From a bacterium (lineage in GTDB: Bacteria > UBA8248 > JACPRG01 > G963555815): a DNA stretch of 64,000 bases. A program made the position numbers and the translations under genes. Shown here piece after piece: positions 10,514-22,711 of the stretch. The stretch lies in the NCBI GenBank assembly GCA_965261595.1, contig CBDHDG010000007.1, positions 896,001-960,000 of the forward strand, read 5' to 3'. Numbering within the stretch: the first letter of the stretch is position 1; every line of letters starts with the position of its first letter. Below the pieces are notes generated by a model that saw only the letters and a list, made by a program, of their open reading frames with translations, did not search any database and was not told the DNA's origin.

Positions 10514-10592
10514 TCATCCTGGGTTAGAAAGCGGAAATGTTAGCGGAGTTCGGGGATGGGATCAAAGAAATAAGGGCGCGTCGCAAAGGGCG

Positions 10593-12071
10593 TCATTTCC
10601 CTATACAAAACTCCCGGAAGATTCCGTCCAGAAGGTCCTCGTTGAAATCTTTTCCCAACAGACCCCCCAGGGCGTTCATGGCTTCGGTGAGATCGACGGC
10701 GACAAGCTCGGGCGAGAGGCCCGCCTTCATGGCCTCGATGGCCGCGCCGACGAATTCGGCGGCCGCCTTGACGCGCTCGCGGTGGCGCTCGCGCGTGAGC
10801 AAAAGCTCCTCGTCCGCCGACCCCCCCCCCAGGACAGTCTCGACCATGAGGGCCTCCAGGGCCTTCAGGCCATCCCCCCGCAGGGCCGAAACCCGCGCGA
10901 ACCGTCCATCCGGAAAAAGCCGCCCGGCCTCCTCCGGACTGACGGCCGACCCCAGATCGGCCTTGTTCAGAACCCCGATGACCGCCGGACCGGACGGGGG
11001 GGGCGGGGGGGGGGAGGCGGCAAGCTCGCTCAGGATGGTCCTGTCTTCATCCGTCAGGGGGACCGAGGCGTCCAGGACGAGGAGGATCAGCGAGGCCGAC
11101 CCCGCCATCCGCCAGGCCCGCTCTACGCCCGCGCGCTCGACCGGGTCCGCCGATTCCCGCAGGCCGGCAGTGTCGATAAAGCGGAAAGGGATCCCGCCGA
11201 TGACGGCCGTCTCCTCGATGGTGTCCCGGGTCGTTCCGGGCACGGGGCTCGTGAGGGCGCGGTCCTCTCGCAAGAGCAGATTCAGGAGCGAGGACTTGCC
11301 GACGTTCGGCCGGCCGACGATGGCCGCCGGCGTCCCCTCGCGGATGGCCCGTCCCGCGTGAAAACTCCGCAGCAGAAACTCCAGCCGTTCGAGCGCGCCG
11401 CCCGCCCGTTCGACCAAACGGGCCGAGGCCTGGATCTCGATGTCCTCATCGGGGAAATCGATGGCCGCCTCGAGTTGGGCGGCAATCCCGATCAGCTCTT
11501 TCCACACCGCCTCCAGCTCCCGCGAGAGTCTCCCGGAGAGGTGTCCCAGCGCCGCCCGGAGGCCCGCCTCGGAGCGCGCCGCGATCAGGTCCGCAACCGC
11601 TTCGGCCTGAACGAGGTCCATCCGGCCGTTCAGAAAGGCGCGCCGCGTGAACTCGCCCGGCCCGGCCGGCGAAGCGCCGCGATCGATCAAGAGCCGCAGG
11701 ATCGCGCGGAGAGAGAAGGGACCGCCGTGGCCGTGAATCTCGGCGACGTCCTCGCCCGTGTAGGAGTGCGGGCCGGGCATAACCGCCAGGAGACACTCGT
11801 CGAGGACTTCGCCCGTCTCAGGGTTCGTCACATGGCCGTGGAGCAGTTTTCTGGGTGAGAACTCCGGGAAGGGGTCGCCTTGCGGCGTGCGGAAAATTTC
11901 GTGTGCGAGATCGAGAGCCCGGGGGCCGCTGAGACGGATAATCCCGACGGCCCCTTCGCCCGGCGCCGTTGCGATGGCGGCGATGGTCTCGGTCACGGGC
12001 GTCCCGGAATCGGGGCGGGAGGTCGAGCGGGGGGGAGGAGAAGGGCGGGGGGGAACCGGGCCGCGAGGCAT
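10593..12071 (-). CDS. mnmE: tRNA modification GTPase (start may be GTG at 11995)
   Basis: TIAAIAT, GRPNVGKSS, GTTRD, DTAG, NKAD, terminal FCIGK. Confidence 0.97.
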   Translation of the reverse strand: MPRGPVPPRPSPPPRSTSRPDSGTPVTETIAAIATAPGEGAVGIIRLSGPRALDLAHEIFRTPQGDPFPEFSPRKLLHGHVTNPETGEVLDECLLAVMPGPHSYTGEDVAEIHGHGGPFSLRAILRLLIDRGASPAGPGEFTRRAFLNGRMDLVQAEAVADLIAARSEAGLRAALGHLSGRLSRELEAVWKELIGIAAQLEAAIDFPDEDIEIQASARLVERAGGALERLEFLLRSFHAGRAIREGTPAAIVGRPNVGKSSLLNLLLREDRALTSPVPGTTRDTIEETAVIGGIPFRFIDTAGLRESADPVERAGVERAWRMAGSASLILLVLDASVPLTDEDRTILSELAASPPPPPPSGPAVIGVLNKADLGSAVSPEEAGRLFPDGRFARVSALRGDGLKALEALMVETVLGGGSADEELLLTRERHRERVKAAAEFVGAAIEAMKAGLSPELVAVDLTEAMNALGGLLGKDFNEDLLDGIFREFCIGK

Positions 12072-12078
12072 GAAAGGC

Positions 12079-12702
12079 TCAGGGGGCCGGCGAGATGACG
12101 ACGCGGCGGAAAGCCCCCTCCCCTTCGCTGAAGGTCTCGACGCCGGCTTCGTCCCGAAGGGCCAAGTGGATGACGCGGCGGTCGCGGGCGTTCATGGGCC
12201 GGCAGGGAATCCGCTCCCCCGTCCGGGCGGCCTTTTCCGCCAGGCGAAGGGCCATCTCCCGGAGCTGCTCGGCCGTGCGCTCCCGATAACCTTCGGCGTC
12301 CAGGATGATCCGAATCCGCTCGTGGGGCGGCCGGTTTACGATCCGGTCCACCAGATACTCCAGGGCGTCCAGGGTCTCGCCGCGCCGGCCGATGAGGAGG
12401 CCGAGCTCCTCGCCGGTGATTTCCAGCCGCGCTTCGCCCTCCAAGAGCCGCGCGTTGACCGACGCCTCGAAACCCATCCCAGCAAGCAGGTGTTCCAGTG
12501 TCTTGCGCGCCGCGTCCAGCCGATCGGCGCCCTCGGTGTAATGGATGCGCAAGCGCACCGGGGAGCGTCCCAGGATCCCCAAAAACCACTTCCCGGAGTC
12601 GACGGTCTCGATATCAACGTCCGCTTCCCGCAGCCCGAGCCGGGCCAGCCCCTGAGCCAGCGCGTCCTCTCTGGATTCGCCTTCAACCTCGATCGTGCCC
12701 AA
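12079..12702 (-). CDS. jag: Jag/KhpB RNA-binding protein (Jag_N-KH-R3H)
   Basis: LIGRRGETLDAL KH motif; RRVIH R3H motif; located between yidC and mnmE. Confidence 0.93.
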   Translation of the reverse strand: MGTIEVEGESREDALAQGLARLGLREADVDIETVDSGKWFLGILGRSPVRLRIHYTEGADRLDAARKTLEHLLAGMGFEASVNARLLEGEARLEITGEELGLLIGRRGETLDALEYLVDRIVNRPPHERIRIILDAEGYRERTAEQLREMALRLAEKAARTGERIPCRPMNARDRRVIHLALRDEAGVETFSEGEGAFRRVVISPAP

Positions 12703-12728
12703 CCGTTTGCCTCCGAGGGAAACCCGCC

Positions 12729-14555
12729 TCAGTTCTTTCCGGCCCTCGCCTTCGATTTTTTGGCCTTCGTCTTCTGCGTCTTGGCTTTGGCCTTGGGGGG
12801 GGTTGGTTTCTCGGCCGCCGCCTTCGGGCGGGCGGGCGAAGGGGCTCGCTCCACGAGAGCCGCCTTGGGTTGGTTGCCCCGGCGCAATGTGAAATATTGC
12901 TGAATGATGCTCAAGATGTTGTTCGTAAACCAGTACACAACGAGTCCGGAGGGGAACGTGTAGAACATGAAGGTGAAGATGATTGGCATGAACAACATCA
13001 TTTTCTGCTGCATTGGATCGCCCGCGGCGGGGGTCATCTTCTGCTGAAGAAACATGGACCCGCCCATCAAGAGCACGAGGAGCCGAAAATCAATGTCCAG
13101 GCCGGGAATGGCGAAGAGCCCGGTTTCGGGCGCCGAGAGGTCCAACATCCACAAAAACGGCGCCTGTCTGAGCTCGATGGCCCCCAACAAGGCGTTGTAG
13201 AGGGCGAAAAAGACCGGGATCTGCAAAACCATCGGGAGGCACCCGCCCAGGGGATTCGCCCCGCGCTCTTTGTAGAGCTTCATGACCTCTTCGTTCATCC
13301 GCTGTTTGTCGTCCTTGAAGATCTCCCGAATCTGTTTCATCTTCGGCTGGAGCTTCTGCATCGCCTGCATGGACTTGGTGCTCTTCTGCGTCAGCGGATA
13401 AAAGATGATCTTGATCAGGATGGTCAGAAGGATGATGGCCACCCCGTAGCTGCCGGTTACGTGGTAAAAGAAGCGCAGCCCTGTCAGTGCGGGTCCGGCA
13501 AGAAAGCTGAAGATGCCCAGATCGATGGCCTCTTCGAGGGAGACCCCGTAATCCCGGGACACCTGCTGAAAAATGGTCTGGTCTTTCGGTCCGGCGAAAA
13601 GCAGAAACTGCCCTTCCCCTCGCGAGCCGCCGCCGTATTGCAACCCCACAAGGACGCCCCCGTCCTCACGGACGACGCCACCGTCGAATTCACTTCGAGG
13701 AACCAGGGCCGCCATGAAATACTTGTTATGGATGGAGGCCCATTTGACCTCCTTTTTATAGACAATCCGTTTCCCTTTTTCGATGTCATCGTCGTTGCGC
13801 AATTTCTTGCCCTGAAGAATCACCGGCCCTGTCGTTGCGTAGCGGTCTTGCTCGTGCCCTTCCGAGGCGATTCCGGGCCCCCAGAGGATGGAAAGATCCT
13901 CCGAAGGGGATTTCCCCGCCCAGCGGGCCATCGCGTCAATGACGTACGACCCATATTTGAAGCGGAGCGTTTTCGTAACGGCGTCCCCGCCGGGAGAGCG
14001 ATAGACCAGCTCCACGCTCCCCTCAAGCCGATCCGGATTCAAAATCAGCGAATCCCGATTCGCCGAGTAGACGGCTTGGTTCGCCCGTGCGCCCAGCCCT
14101 CCTCCTCCGTCCAGGAAGAGAGGCCGCCAGCTTCGGCCCGAGGAAACCGTTCCGGCCTTGCCCCCGCCCTTTTGGGTCCCCCCGTTGGCCACCAGGTCCA
14201 AATACTTCCCGCCGGAATCCTTATAGCGGAGGAGCGTCAAGCCCTTCACGCCGGCGCCCAGGGTGGTGAGAACGATTCTCGCCACACCCGTATCCACAAC
14301 AATGTCTTTTGCGGGCGAGGGTCGGGCGGGCCCCGGGATCGCCGCCGGCGCGGGCCGGGTTGGTTTCGGTTTCGCCCCCCGGGCGCTCTCTACCTTTTGG
14401 GCCGCGCCTTGCCTTGCCTTCAAGGCCGCCGCTTTTTGCGCTTCCTCAAGCCGCGCCTTCCGCTGCGCCTCCAATTGGGGGTTGAGGAAGAAATACTGGT
14501 ATCCAAGCAGGACGGCCATCGAGAGAACGGCCGCACTGATTGCGCGCTTATCCAT
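12729..14555 (-). CDS. yidC: membrane protein insertase
   Basis: GVAIILLT, MQKLQPK, NPLGGCLP..LQIPVFFALY, PSGLVVYW. Confidence 0.97.
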   Translation of the reverse strand: MDKRAISAAVLSMAVLLGYQYFFLNPQLEAQRKARLEEAQKAAALKARQGAAQKVESARGAKPKPTRPAPAAIPGPARPSPAKDIVVDTGVARIVLTTLGAGVKGLTLLRYKDSGGKYLDLVANGGTQKGGGKAGTVSSGRSWRPLFLDGGGGLGARANQAVYSANRDSLILNPDRLEGSVELVYRSPGGDAVTKTLRFKYGSYVIDAMARWAGKSPSEDLSILWGPGIASEGHEQDRYATTGPVILQGKKLRNDDDIEKGKRIVYKKEVKWASIHNKYFMAALVPRSEFDGGVVREDGGVLVGLQYGGGSRGEGQFLLFAGPKDQTIFQQVSRDYGVSLEEAIDLGIFSFLAGPALTGLRFFYHVTGSYGVAIILLTILIKIIFYPLTQKSTKSMQAMQKLQPKMKQIREIFKDDKQRMNEEVMKLYKERGANPLGGCLPMVLQIPVFFALYNALLGAIELRQAPFLWMLDLSAPETGLFAIPGLDIDFRLLVLLMGGSMFLQQKMTPAAGDPMQQKMMLFMPIIFTFMFYTFPSGLVVYWFTNNILSIIQQYFTLRRGNQPKAALVERAPSPARPKAAAEKPTPPKAKAKTQKTKAKKSKARAGKN

Positions 14556-14563
14556 AAAACCTC

Positions 14564-14800
14564 TCAGCGCCTTCCGTCAGGCTGGGGAAGCGGGTCGTCG
14601 CCGCCCGGATGGAACGGATGGCAACGCAGAATTCGCCTCGCGATGAAAAAAAGGGCCTTGGGGGCGCTGTAATCATGGATCGCCTGCAAGGCATAGGCTG
14701 AACAGGTCGGATGAAATCTACAGGTTCGCGGCAGAAGGGGAGACAGCAGGATCTGGTAAAGCCGAACCGGCATCGCCAGGAGAAACTTGGTCGGTCGCAT
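14564..14800 (-). CDS. yidD: membrane protein insertion efficiency factor
   Basis: CRFHPTCSAY, RILRCHPFHPGG.DP. Confidence 0.93.
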   Translation of the reverse strand: MRPTKFLLAMPVRLYQILLSPLLPRTCRFHPTCSAYALQAIHDYSAPKALFFIARRILRCHPFHPGGDDPLPQPDGRR

Positions 14801-15179
14801 TCTGGCCTTCTTCAGGAATTTCTCCGCCGGGCCCGCCCTTGGACGCACGCCTTAGCGAGCGCTCCAACTGCCAGCAAAGCGCCCCAAATGTCAGCCGCTC
14901 GATTCCGGGTCTCGCGACGATGATCACATCCGCGCCCGCCGCCAAGCCGGCGCTCGCTCTGAAGGCCGCTTTAAGACGCCGCCGGACGAGGTTTCTAATC
15001 ACCGCGTTCCCGACCCGGCGGGAAACCGACAACCCCAGGCGCGCCCCCCCGGCCGGGCAACAATCCACCGGCGCGGGCTCGGCATAGAGCCGGTAGCTCT
15101 GGGTCCGATCGGCCGGAACCCGCGAGCAAACCCGGTTGAAGTCTCTATGCTTTAGGCGGCCAACTGTCTTTGGGGTCAT
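14718..15179 (-). CDS. rnpA: ribonuclease P protein component
   Basis: RLGLSVSRRVGNAVIRN..RRRLK motif; directly after rpmH; 3' tail overlaps yidD. Confidence 0.88.
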   Translation of the reverse strand: MTPKTVGRLKHRDFNRVCSRVPADRTQSYRLYAEPAPVDCCPAGGARLGLSVSRRVGNAVIRNLVRRRLKAAFRASAGLAAGADVIIVARPGIERLTFGALCWQLERSLRRASKGGPGGEIPEEGQNATDQVSPGDAGSALPDPAVSPSAANL

Positions 15180-15211
15180 TCCAGCGGCCACGGGAAGTGA
15201 GGCCCTCCGCC

Positions 15212-15346
15212 TTAAACGGTCAGGCGCTTTCGGCCCTTTCTCCGTCGTCTGCTCAAGACCCTCCGACCCGAACTGGACGACATTCTCGCAAAAAAGCCGT
15301 GCGTCCGGGCCCGCTTGATCCTGGAGGGCTGGTATGTTCGCTTCAC
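15212..15346 (-). CDS. rpmH: 50S ribosomal protein L34 (not in the ORF track)
   Basis: Manual translation from [47 protein letters not shown]. Confidence 0.97.
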   Translation of the reverse strand: MKRTYQPSRIKRARTHGFFARMSSSSGRRVLSRRRRKGRKRLTV

Positions 15347-15399
15347 GCAACAGTTCCTCCTTCGCTCGCCGGGGTGACAACCCCGGCCGCGATTGAGCC

Positions 15400-15683
15400 C
15401 CAGAACTCTCGGGCAAATTAAGTTTAGATTTCTGAAGCCCGGGTGTCAAGTTCGCTAACTTTTTTGTTGAAAAATCCATCCGGGTCTGGTATGATCCAGT
15501 ACTCGAAAAGGGGGTTTCCGTGTGGTGGGTGGACAACACACAACCCATTGATTCCATGCCTGTTGTTTCTATCCTGAGTCCAGGGTTCCTGTGTTTCATT
15601 TTAACCCTCGAATGGGGTGGTTTCCCGAGACCATAAACACATGTTGAAAACGCTCCACCTCATCTATAAATAAAGGGTTATCC
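15400..15683. promoter_or_regulatory. divergent rpmH/dnaA promoter region with degenerate DnaA boxes
   Basis: Lower GC; ggtggacaa (15528) and ttatccatg (15679) resemble TTATCCACA. Confidence 0.5.
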
Positions 15684-17042
15684 ATGGATGGCATGTCGGT
15701 TATCAACACGGAAACCGGGAAGATTTGGAGTGATTTACTGGATCGCGCCAGAAAGGTGACGCGAGAGCAGGCGGTTGAAACCTGGCTCATGCCGGTCAAG
15801 CCCCTTGGCCTCGACGGGTCGACCCTAAACCTCCTTGTCCCCAACCGATTCTTTCGCGAATATCTCCAAGATCGATTCGCGTCCGTCCTCTCCGATGGTC
15901 TTCGGGAAATAACCGGTCGGGATTTCACCCTGAACCTGATTGTCGACGACACGGCGGGCGATGATTCTCCGCCCCCTCCCTCGCCAAGACCGGAAGAGAG
16001 GGCCGTGGGCGCGCCCAGGCACTCGGGAGTTCTTGATGAGAAATACACCTTTGAGCGGTTTATTGTGGGCAGCTCGAACCAGTTTGCGCATGCGGCGGCC
16101 GAAGCGGTGGCCAAGAACCCCGCCACGGCGTACAACCCCCTGTTCCTCTATGGTGCCGTCGGTCTGGGGAAAACCCACCTCATGCACGCCATCGGCCGGC
16201 ACATCCTGGAGAACAACCCGAGCGCTCATCTCATCTACACCTCCTCAGAGGATTTCACCATCGAGTTGATCAACGCCATCCGCCGGGATCGAATGACGGC
16301 CTTCCGGGAAAAACACCGGCGCATGGATGTCCTCCTTGTCGACGACATCCAGTTCATCGCGGGCAAGGACCGCACCCAGGAGGAGTTCTTTCACACCTTT
16401 AACACCTTATATGAATCCAAGAAGCAGATCGTTATTTCCAGCGACAAGTTCCCGAAGGAAATGGTCGAGCTGGAAGAGCGCCTCCGATCGCGGTTTGAAT
16501 GGGGGCTCGTCGCCGACATTCAATCACCCGACTTGGAAACCAAGGTTGCCATCCTCACAAAAAAAGCGGAGGAAAGCGGGGTCGACCTGCCGCAAGATGT
16601 CGCGCTGCTCGTGGCCAAGAAAATCAGGACGAACATCCGTGAGCTTGAGGGTTGTCTCATCCGCCTCTCCGCGTTCAGCTCCCTGATAAAGCGGCCCATC
16701 TCCGTCGAGATGGCGGAAGAAATCCTCGAACAAATGTTCTATGACGAACAGCATTCGATTTCTATCGACAGCATCCAAAAGGCGGTCGCGGCTCACTTTT
16801 CGATGAGGGTTACGGACCTGAAATCCAAGCGCCGCCATCGAAGCATCGCCGAGCCCCGGCAAATCGCGATGTTTCTGGCAAGGGAGCTCACCGGCGCCTC
16901 CCTCTCGGAAATCGGACAAAAATTCGGCGGTAAAGACCACAGCACGGTCATTCACTCATGTAACAAGATTGCGAACATGAAAGACAAAGACAGCCGGATT
17001 ATATCCGCGTTGAACCAAATCCGCCGCGCGCTTAATGTGTGA
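15684..17042 (+). CDS. dnaA: chromosomal replication initiator
   Basis: YNPLFLYGAVGLGKTHL, DDIQFI, RSRFEWGL, KDHSTVIH. Confidence 0.99.
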   Translation: MDGMSVINTETGKIWSDLLDRARKVTREQAVETWLMPVKPLGLDGSTLNLLVPNRFFREYLQDRFASVLSDGLREITGRDFTLNLIVDDTAGDDSPPPPSPRPEERAVGAPRHSGVLDEKYTFERFIVGSSNQFAHAAAEAVAKNPATAYNPLFLYGAVGLGKTHLMHAIGRHILENNPSAHLIYTSSEDFTIELINAIRRDRMTAFREKHRRMDVLLVDDIQFIAGKDRTQEEFFHTFNTLYESKKQIVISSDKFPKEMVELEERLRSRFEWGLVADIQSPDLETKVAILTKKAEESGVDLPQDVALLVAKKIRTNIRELEGCLIRLSAFSSLIKRPISVEMAEEILEQMFYDEQHSISIDSIQKAVAAHFSMRVTDLKSKRRHRSIAEPRQIAMFLARELTGASLSEIGQKFGGKDHSTVIHSCNKIANMKDKDSRIISALNQIRRALNV

Positions 17043-17249
17043 ATACAGGGTTTAGTGATGGGGGAAAATATGTGTAAAAAAAAGGCCTCTGGTTTCTGTT
17101 GTGGATTTCCTGATATTTCTCAACAAAAAATCCAGCCGCTATCCCGTTGTAATTCCAGCCCCAATACCTGTTTTCCACGTTTCCACAACCCCTTCTCCTA
17201 TAACTATCTTTATTTCTATATTTATTAAAGAAGGAACTTATTCATCGTT
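17043..17249. other. probable oriC unwinding region
   Basis: DnaA-box-like 9-mers (17038, 17100, 17171, 17179), then a C-run and an AT-rich trinucleotide-periodic tract (17193-17228) resembling DnaA-trios. Confidence 0.75.
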
Positions 17250-20866
<3,617 letters not shown>

Positions 20867-20880
20867 CCGGGACCGGCTAG

Positions 20881-22023
20881 GTGCGAATCAAGAGTGTTCA
20901 GATAGACGGTTTTAAGTCCTTCCGGAAATTTGACTTGGACTTGAAGCCTCTCAACGTCCTCATCGGCCCCAACGGTTCGGGGAAAACGAACTTCGTCGAC
21001 TTTTTCAAGTTTATCCGTGAGGCGGCCGAGGAGGAACTCATTGAACCATCCCTCAGGCGCGGCGGCGCGTCAGGGATCGTCTTTCGCGGGTTAAATGAGA
21101 AGGAGCAAAAGGTATCCGCGTCGTTGGATTTCGCTTGGGACGATGAGTCACAGAGGCATAATCGGGGGATTTATAAGCTTCGCTTGAGGCCGCAGCCAAC
21201 TGATGTCCTCGTTGATGCGGAAGAATTCGTTCTCGTGGACCGAGAAGGCCGCGAGGCACCTTCCCCTGAAACCGGGCTTAGATCGGAGGTCCTCTCAAGG
21301 AGACGGTTAGCGATTGGAGAGACCCTGCCCACTTACGGCGGCGAGCCCGGGATCCACGGGTTTAATCGCTTGGGAGTCAGGGATTTTGCCTGGATCGGTG
21401 ACGCCGCAAGGGGCTGGAGGTTTTACGAGACAATTAATACCGGACCGAGGTCGGAGATTCGGATGCCCGCGCTCGCACGGAGTGGTTTCGAGCTAAAGGA
21501 GGATGGGTCGAACCTTACGAGTGTTCTACATAGCCTTCATAGTTTTCCTGAGGGCGAAAAAACGTACAAGGAAATCGAGGAGACACTTCATTTGGTCTTC
21601 AAAGATTTCAAGAAGATGACGTTCCCCTCACAGGGAGGCGACGGGAGATTGTACTTAAATTGGAGAGAGGGGCCATTCAGCGAGGAAACGTTCTCCGCGA
21701 TGTTCCTTTCCGACGGGATGCTGAGATTTTTATGTATGCTGGCGATTTTCCGCTGCCCGACACCACCACCACTCATCATCGTTGAAGAGCCGGAACTCGG
21801 CCTTCATCCTGATCTGATTCGGCTTGTTGCCTCCCTCGTGAAAGAGGCGAGCTCCCGGACGCAGCTCATCGTGACCACCCATTCGCCCGATCTGGTCTCG
21901 GAGCTTGAGCCCGAGGACGTTGTTATCGTTGAGAAGGCGGATGGCGCTACAGAAATGCGCCGGATTTCAGGGCCTAATCTTGAGATCTGGTTGAAGGAGT
22001 TTAGACTAGGCGAGCTTTGGTAA
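20881..22023 (+). CDS. ABC/SMC-like ATPase (AAA_21/COG4637-like); ancestral end probably 22050
   Basis: GFKS, Walker A GPNGSGKT, LSDG signature, Walker B EEPELGLHP, TTHS H-loop. Confidence 0.85.
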   Translation: MRIKSVQIDGFKSFRKFDLDLKPLNVLIGPNGSGKTNFVDFFKFIREAAEEELIEPSLRRGGASGIVFRGLNEKEQKVSASLDFAWDDESQRHNRGIYKLRLRPQPTDVLVDAEEFVLVDREGREAPSPETGLRSEVLSRRRLAIGETLPTYGGEPGIHGFNRLGVRDFAWIGDAARGWRFYETINTGPRSEIRMPALARSGFELKEDGSNLTSVLHSLHSFPEGEKTYKEIEETLHLVFKDFKKMTFPSQGGDGRLYLNWREGPFSEETFSAMFLSDGMLRFLCMLAIFRCPTPPPLIIVEEPELGLHPDLIRLVASLVKEASSRTQLIVTTHSPDLVSELEPEDVVIVEKADGATEMRRISGPNLEIWLKEFRLGELW

Positions 22024-22046
22024 ATGGGAGAAATTGGCGGGCGGCC

Positions 22047-22685
22047 TTGAGAATTTACTTTGCCTGCGAGGGAAAGAGCGAAGAAAGATGCATAGATTCT
22101 ATTCTCTTAAACCCGGGGCTAAGGTTCAGAGAAATCGGTATCGAGTCAAGAACTTTGAATCTCGGAGGTTCCCAAGGATTCCTGAAGCGAATTGGCCATA
22201 CCGTAAAGAGCGCCATCATGCAAAGCCGGGCGGATGCGGTTTTTGGCCTAACGGATCTCCGCGGTGCTGCGATCCAACTCCCTGGCGATGGGGTTTCTAA
22301 GGGGAAAAAAGCAGAGGTCTACCGCAATCATATCCACCAGAAGGCCGATCAGGAGTATCACGAGCGCTTCTTTCTGCATGTCGCTGTGCATGAATTGGAG
22401 GCTTGGATTCTGGCAGATCACGATGCAATCAGCCGGCATCTCAATGCCCCAGGCGTTGAAGAAATAGCCAATCCGGAAGATGTCAATCTGGAGAATCCCC
22501 CATCAAAACGATTAGATGACATTTTCTTTGAACACCAAATGCAGCCATATTCAAAGGGGAATGATCAATCGCTTCTGTGGAAAGAAGTTGATGTGAGGAA
22601 AGTCTATGCCCGATGTCCACACTTTGCGGCATTCTTGAACGATTTGGCAAAAGTCGCGGGACTTAACGGCCCGTTCCACGTCTAG
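22047..22685 (+). CDS. DUF4276-like (TOPRIM-related) protein
   Basis: ACEGKSE N-terminal motif, LTDL, ELEAWILAD, PE.VN..PPSKRL, CPHF. Confidence 0.75.
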   Translation: MRIYFACEGKSEERCIDSILLNPGLRFREIGIESRTLNLGGSQGFLKRIGHTVKSAIMQSRADAVFGLTDLRGAAIQLPGDGVSKGKKAEVYRNHIHQKADQEYHERFFLHVAVHELEAWILADHDAISRHLNAPGVEEIANPEDVNLENPPSKRLDDIFFEHQMQPYSKGNDQSLLWKEVDVRKVYARCPHFAAFLNDLAKVAGLNGPFHV

Positions 22686-22711
22686 GCCTAAAACTCCAAT
22701 AGGATAAGGAA

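Noticed and set aside
10381..10525. Possible XerCD dif/pdif sites (AAGCGCATAA and AAGTACATAA resemble a XerC arm)
   Set aside because: No TTATGTTAAAT-like XerD arm follows the 6-bp spacer.
14718..15599. 293-aa RnpA fusion as given in the ORF track
   Set aside because: The upstream part overlaps rpmH in another frame; the real start is most likely ATG 15179.
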